A stretch of DNA of 64,000 nucleotides from an uncultured Pseudomonadales bacterium (GTDB lineage Bacteria; Patescibacteriota; Microgenomatia; UBA1400; UBA1396), in NCBI GenBank assembly GCA_964447905.1, contig CAYUUK010000007.1, positions 513 to 64,512 on the forward strand, in the 5' to 3' direction. The notes beneath the pieces were generated by a model. The model worked only from the letters and a program-made list of their open reading frames with translations. It searched no databases and had not been told where the DNA came from. Positions 60,438-64,000 of this stretch are shown piece by piece. The first letter of the stretch is position 1. Each line of letters opens with the position of its first letter. The translations under genes and the position numbers were made by a program.

Positions 60438-61718
60438 ATGAAACGCACAATCAACAGCAAAACCACACTTTGGTTTTCACTGTTGGTTGGTCTGAGCTGG
60501 CTGATTACGGCACTGGCCACCAGTTGGTGGTCATATTACCTGGTTGATCCGAATCTCACCTTGTTTTCTTTTCCGTTTTTTGTCGAGTGGCAGACTCAGA
60601 TGTGGGCGCGAGCAAAAGACGTGGCGCACATTACTTGGTTTTACATCTTCTTGCTTGGTGTTTGGTGGAGCCTCTATGCAGTCATAGTGCAGTGGATGCG
60701 CCGAACTGGCGTCCAGCGAGTTCCTCGCTGGGTGATGCTTACGTTGTTCGGCGTTGTGTTGGTACTTTTTTTAGGTCATAACGCGCTGTCGCACGATATT
60801 TTTAATTACCTGTTTAATGCCAAGATGGTTGCCGTGTATGGAGCGAATCCTCATGTACAAGTAGCTTTGTATTTTGCGCAAGATCCCTGGACGCGCTTTA
60901 TGCACAATACGCACACTGCCGCTCCGTATGGTTGGGGGTGGACAGTAGTTTCTCTTGTTCCGTTTCTTATCAGTGGGGGGATTTTTGCCGTTGCGTACTT
61001 TGGTATGAAACTCGTTATGGTACTCGGCTTTGGTTTGTATCTGTGGGCTATTTGGCGAGTTCTACAGCAGCGATTTCCGCAGTCGGCCATCTGGCGGTGG
61101 AGTTTGGTGGCTTTTCATCCACTCCTTTTGATTGAGACGCTGCTGGTTGGACACAACGACGTCTGGATGATGTGGCCGGCAGTTTTGGCAATGAGCTGGT
61201 TGTGTTGTCGGAAATCATCTCTGGCATGGTGGAAGTATCTGGGTGCGGGAGCACTTTTTGCGTTTTCGATTTCGATTAAATTAGCCACCGTTGTGTTACT
61301 TCCTTTCTTGATCTGGTGGATGTTACCGAAAGGTTGCGATGAACGAATAGTGAGCTCAGTGACTGGCAAGAAATTCGCTGCGAAGTTTTTGCGATTTGTG
61401 CGTCGGTATCAAGCTGACTTAGCCGCCCTGTTGATGCTTATCCCGCTCATGACTCCCCGGGCACAGCAGTTTCATCCGTGGTACTTCATTTGGGTGCTCA
61501 CCTTTGTGCCGATGGTACGGGCTCAGTGGTGGCGCGCCGCTGTGCTTGGACTGTCGATTACCTCGACATTCCGATATGTGCCACTGATGTTTGCTGGGTG
61601 GGAGTACTCGCCGCTGATTCAACTGCAGATGCGCGGCATAACTTGGTCCGGTTTTATTCTTGGACTAGTTACCTGGGCCACTTGGAAAGTAGTAATTTCT
61701 CTTAGAGCACGTAAATAA
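60438..61718 (+). CDS. GT-C membrane mannosyltransferase-like protein (MptA/B-like)
   Basis: LSHDIFNY, NPH, APYG, HPLLLIE..GHNDVW, FHPWY. Confidence 0.7.
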   Translation: MKRTINSKTTLWFSLLVGLSWLITALATSWWSYYLVDPNLTLFSFPFFVEWQTQMWARAKDVAHITWFYIFLLGVWWSLYAVIVQWMRRTGVQRVPRWVMLTLFGVVLVLFLGHNALSHDIFNYLFNAKMVAVYGANPHVQVALYFAQDPWTRFMHNTHTAAPYGWGWTVVSLVPFLISGGIFAVAYFGMKLVMVLGFGLYLWAIWRVLQQRFPQSAIWRWSLVAFHPLLLIETLLVGHNDVWMMWPAVLAMSWLCCRKSSLAWWKYLGAGALFAFSISIKLATVVLLPFLIWWMLPKGCDERIVSSVTGKKFAAKFLRFVRRYQADLAALLMLIPLMTPRAQQFHPWYFIWVLTFVPMVRAQWWRAAVLGLSITSTFRYVPLMFAGWEYSPLIQLQMRGITWSGFILGLVTWATWKVVISLRARK

Positions 61719-62649
61719 TCAGCATAACGAGCAAACCGTAAAATACGGTAGCGGTGAGCAGCGGTTTATCACGCAAAATAACTCTTTCAGGTGACTCGCC
61801 TTGGTTATCTTCATACACTAACTGTAAGTAGCGCATGACAATATAAATGACGAGTGGAACAGTTAACATGAGCCACTTTTCAGCCGTAAACGCACGAGGT
61901 AGAACCGCTTGTAGCGTAGGCACTGGTCCGCGTTCTATGGACACTTGGTGTTGGAAGGCAAAAAGAGCGTACGTAAGCCAAGTGGCATTGGCAAACATGC
62001 CGGTGTAGATATCCAGAAGGCGGGTTGAGTATTTTTCGAGTGACTTACGAGTGGAGAATGTCTTACCTTCTCCTTGGTGTCCTGTCATGAGAGTGCGCTC
62101 GCTTTGTCGTTTCGCGACAGCAATAAAGAGAGATGCAGAGATAACGGTTAGCAAGAACCAGACACTCATGTGAAGATTTACTACTACCGCACCCGCATAA
62201 ATTCGGATCATAAATCCGGCGGCAATGGTTAAAACGTCGAGAATGGCAATATGTTTAAAGTAGAAGCTGTAGGAAAACTGCAGCATGAAGTATGCCAGGG
62301 CCAGCAAGGCCAGGAATGGCGACAGTAAGAAAGAAAAAACGAGCGTGGCGATAATCCCCAGAGCCGCTGCTGTACGGGCTACCGGAAGTAGCAGTTTGCC
62401 CGAAGCAATCGGCCGTTTTTTCTTAAACGGATGTTGACGGTCGGATTCGCGGTCGACAATGTCATTAATAATGTAGACAGAAGAAGACAGTAAACAAAAT
62501 ACTCCAAACGTGAGCGTTACTTGCCAAATATAACTTGGGAATTGGTAAAAGAAGAATCCTGAGAAGACCAGCGCTGCGTAAACCGCTACGTTTTTGATCC
62601 ACTGTCGTGGGCGGCCAGCTTTGAGGAGGTAATAGAGCGTTTGAACCAT
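61702..62649 (-). CDS. UbiA-family decaprenyl-phosphate phosphoribosyltransferase-like protein
   Basis: RPRQWIKN, YIINDIVDRESDRQHPFKKKRPIASG, AKRQSE, GESPE. Confidence 0.85.
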   Translation of the reverse strand: MVQTLYYLLKAGRPRQWIKNVAVYAALVFSGFFFYQFPSYIWQVTLTFGVFCLLSSSVYIINDIVDRESDRQHPFKKKRPIASGKLLLPVARTAAALGIIATLVFSFLLSPFLALLALAYFMLQFSYSFYFKHIAILDVLTIAAGFMIRIYAGAVVVNLHMSVWFLLTVISASLFIAVAKRQSERTLMTGHQGEGKTFSTRKSLEKYSTRLLDIYTGMFANATWLTYALFAFQHQVSIERGPVPTLQAVLPRAFTAEKWLMLTVPLVIYIVMRYLQLVYEDNQGESPERVILRDKPLLTATVFYGLLVMLIIYVL

Positions 62650-63686
62650 AATATAAGTGCTAACGATAGTATACCTGCGGCGACGAGTGCATACAACTTC
62701 GAAGTGCTGGTGAGCTGCAAGGCCAAAAGTCCAAAAATAGCGGTTGTCGCCATGTAAAAAATTGATATGGTCCGTTTACCGATACCAGCGTCGAGCATGC
62801 GGTGGTGCAAGTGACCACGATCGCCCCAAAATGGTGATCGGCCAGCCGCTAAGCGGCGACCGACAGTATAGATGGCGTCAGTTGTTGGTAAGGCTAATAA
62901 TAGGAGCACTGTGGCGATCTTAGCGCCCGAGAGGATGGCTAGAATAGCTAAAAAGTACCCAGCCAGTGATCCACCGGCGTATCCAGGCATCATTTTTTGG
63001 GGGTAAAAATTCCAAACGAGTAATCCAGCATAGGCGCCGCTGACTCCGAGGGCAATGAGCGTGACGATACCTTGTGTGGTGTCGGCCTCAAAGCGCAGGC
63101 TCAAGAACGCAATAAACAGGGCCGCAATACTCACAAAACCAGGAAGTTGTCCATCCAAGCCTTTTGCCCAGTTCACGGCGTTCATGTTCCAAACAATCCA
63201 CACGAGGGCGAAGGCGTCGGCAATCCAGGAAATAGTGTAGGTGTTTCCGAACAGCAAGAAAGAGGTTTGCCAAGTATCTAAGTTGATGACGCCCGGAGCG
63301 AAAGGATTCGTTACAAAAGAAATACCCACTCCACTCAAGATAACAATTCCGGCGGCAATAAGGTTGAGAACGTAGCGAACGTATGGATTGATATCAAAGC
63401 GGTCATCGAGCGTGCCGCTGATAAGCAGAATGGCTGCTCCGAGTAAAACGCCGGCAATGCGAGGTGTGATGGGAATAAACGCTACAAAAACCGCGGCGAT
63501 ACCTGCGGCCACCACTAACCCACCGCCACGAGGAACAGGACGATCATGGGTGGTTTTATCGAGGTTTTGCTTGGCTGGATCTTCGATCCAGCCAAGCTTG
63601 CGGTACAGTCCAATAACAACCGGTCCAGCGGCAGTAGCCACGACAAACGCCAAAAACCAAGAAATCACGAGCAACAAAGTGGTCAC
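62586..63686 (-). CDS. WecA/TagO (MraY-family) polyprenyl-phosphate GlcNAc-1-P transferase
   Basis: HDRPVPRGGG, GTLDD, NAVNWAKGLDGQ, NFYPQK, PFWGDRGHLHH. Confidence 0.85.
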   Translation of the reverse strand: MTTLLLVISWFLAFVVATAAGPVVIGLYRKLGWIEDPAKQNLDKTTHDRPVPRGGGLVVAAGIAAVFVAFIPITPRIAGVLLGAAILLISGTLDDRFDINPYVRYVLNLIAAGIVILSGVGISFVTNPFAPGVINLDTWQTSFLLFGNTYTISWIADAFALVWIVWNMNAVNWAKGLDGQLPGFVSIAALFIAFLSLRFEADTTQGIVTLIALGVSGAYAGLLVWNFYPQKMMPGYAGGSLAGYFLAILAILSGAKIATVLLLLALPTTDAIYTVGRRLAAGRSPFWGDRGHLHHRMLDAGIGKRTISIFYMATTAIFGLLALQLTSTSKLYALVAAGILSLALILWFKRSITSSKLAAHDSGSKT

Positions 63687-64000
63687 AATACAACCTTCAT
63701 AATTCGTAAGAGTGCCAGTAAAAGAAATGCCAGCAGAATGTTTCCGCTCCAGAGTGAGATAGAAGCTAAATACTCTTCATGTTCAAGTTTTGTTCGTCGG
63801 CCGTACCAGAGAGCCAGTATGACGATTCCGAGAGCTAATCCCGGCATAACCCCAATAGCGATACGCGGAGCAAGTTGCTCACTTGACTCCACGAGAGAGT
63901 ACCACAGCGGAATATACTCCGGGCCAAAGAGATACAGAAGACCAGAAAAGAGTGCCACCACTCCCAGTTGTACCAAAAGCACAATCACCAGTTTCTGGTG
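63683..64000 (-). CDS. Membrane protein, 5'-partial (runs off the window)
   Basis: The frame stays open to the window edge; three TMs and an IPLWYS motif. Confidence 0.6.
   Translation of the reverse strand, partial: HQKLVIVLLVQLGVVALFSGLLYLFGPEYIPLWYSLVESSEQLAPRIAIGVMPGLALGIVILALWYGRRTKLEHEEYLASISLWSGNILLAFLLLALLRIMKVVL

Noticed and set aside
62586-62649. 64-nt overlap between the wecA-like and ubiA-like genes as a frameshift
   Set aside because: Both proteins keep all their motifs; the overlap only adds a short polar tail.

Overview
Core chromosomal region with no phage, IS element, rRNA or CRISPR array. The gene set (VirB2-like 'pilin' proteins with Cys-rich extensions, DUF4012, DUF2207, many GT-C and GT-A glycosyltransferases, alpha2-type GlyRS, stand-alone 5'-3' exonuclease) suggests a Patescibacteria/CPR genome, probably Microgenomates (inference; standard code 11). 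It holds two surface-glycan clusters (about 13.3-29.7 kb and 53.5-64 kb), housekeeping genes (greA, recO, glyS, tRNA-Thr, rpmG, uvrB, lexA, miaA, a xer recombinase, ftsH) and accessory surface proteins. The best candidate for an undescribed system is a minimal glycine T-box riboswitch upstream of glyS. It has a GGC specifier in an ultrashort K-turn Stem I, a UGGA T-box bulge and an intrinsic terminator, but appears to lack both the long Stem I platform and Stem II. Other signals: widespread -10 boxes 6-8 nt upstream of start codons (leaderless mRNAs), a 921-bp in-frame tandem duplication, two homopolymer frameshifts, a Pho-box-like repeat, a LexA-box-like repeat, a dif-like site in the xer promoter, two unannotated small ORFs and a 107-nt hairpin after tRNA-Thr. 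All calls come from reading the sequence by eye; no database searches were run.
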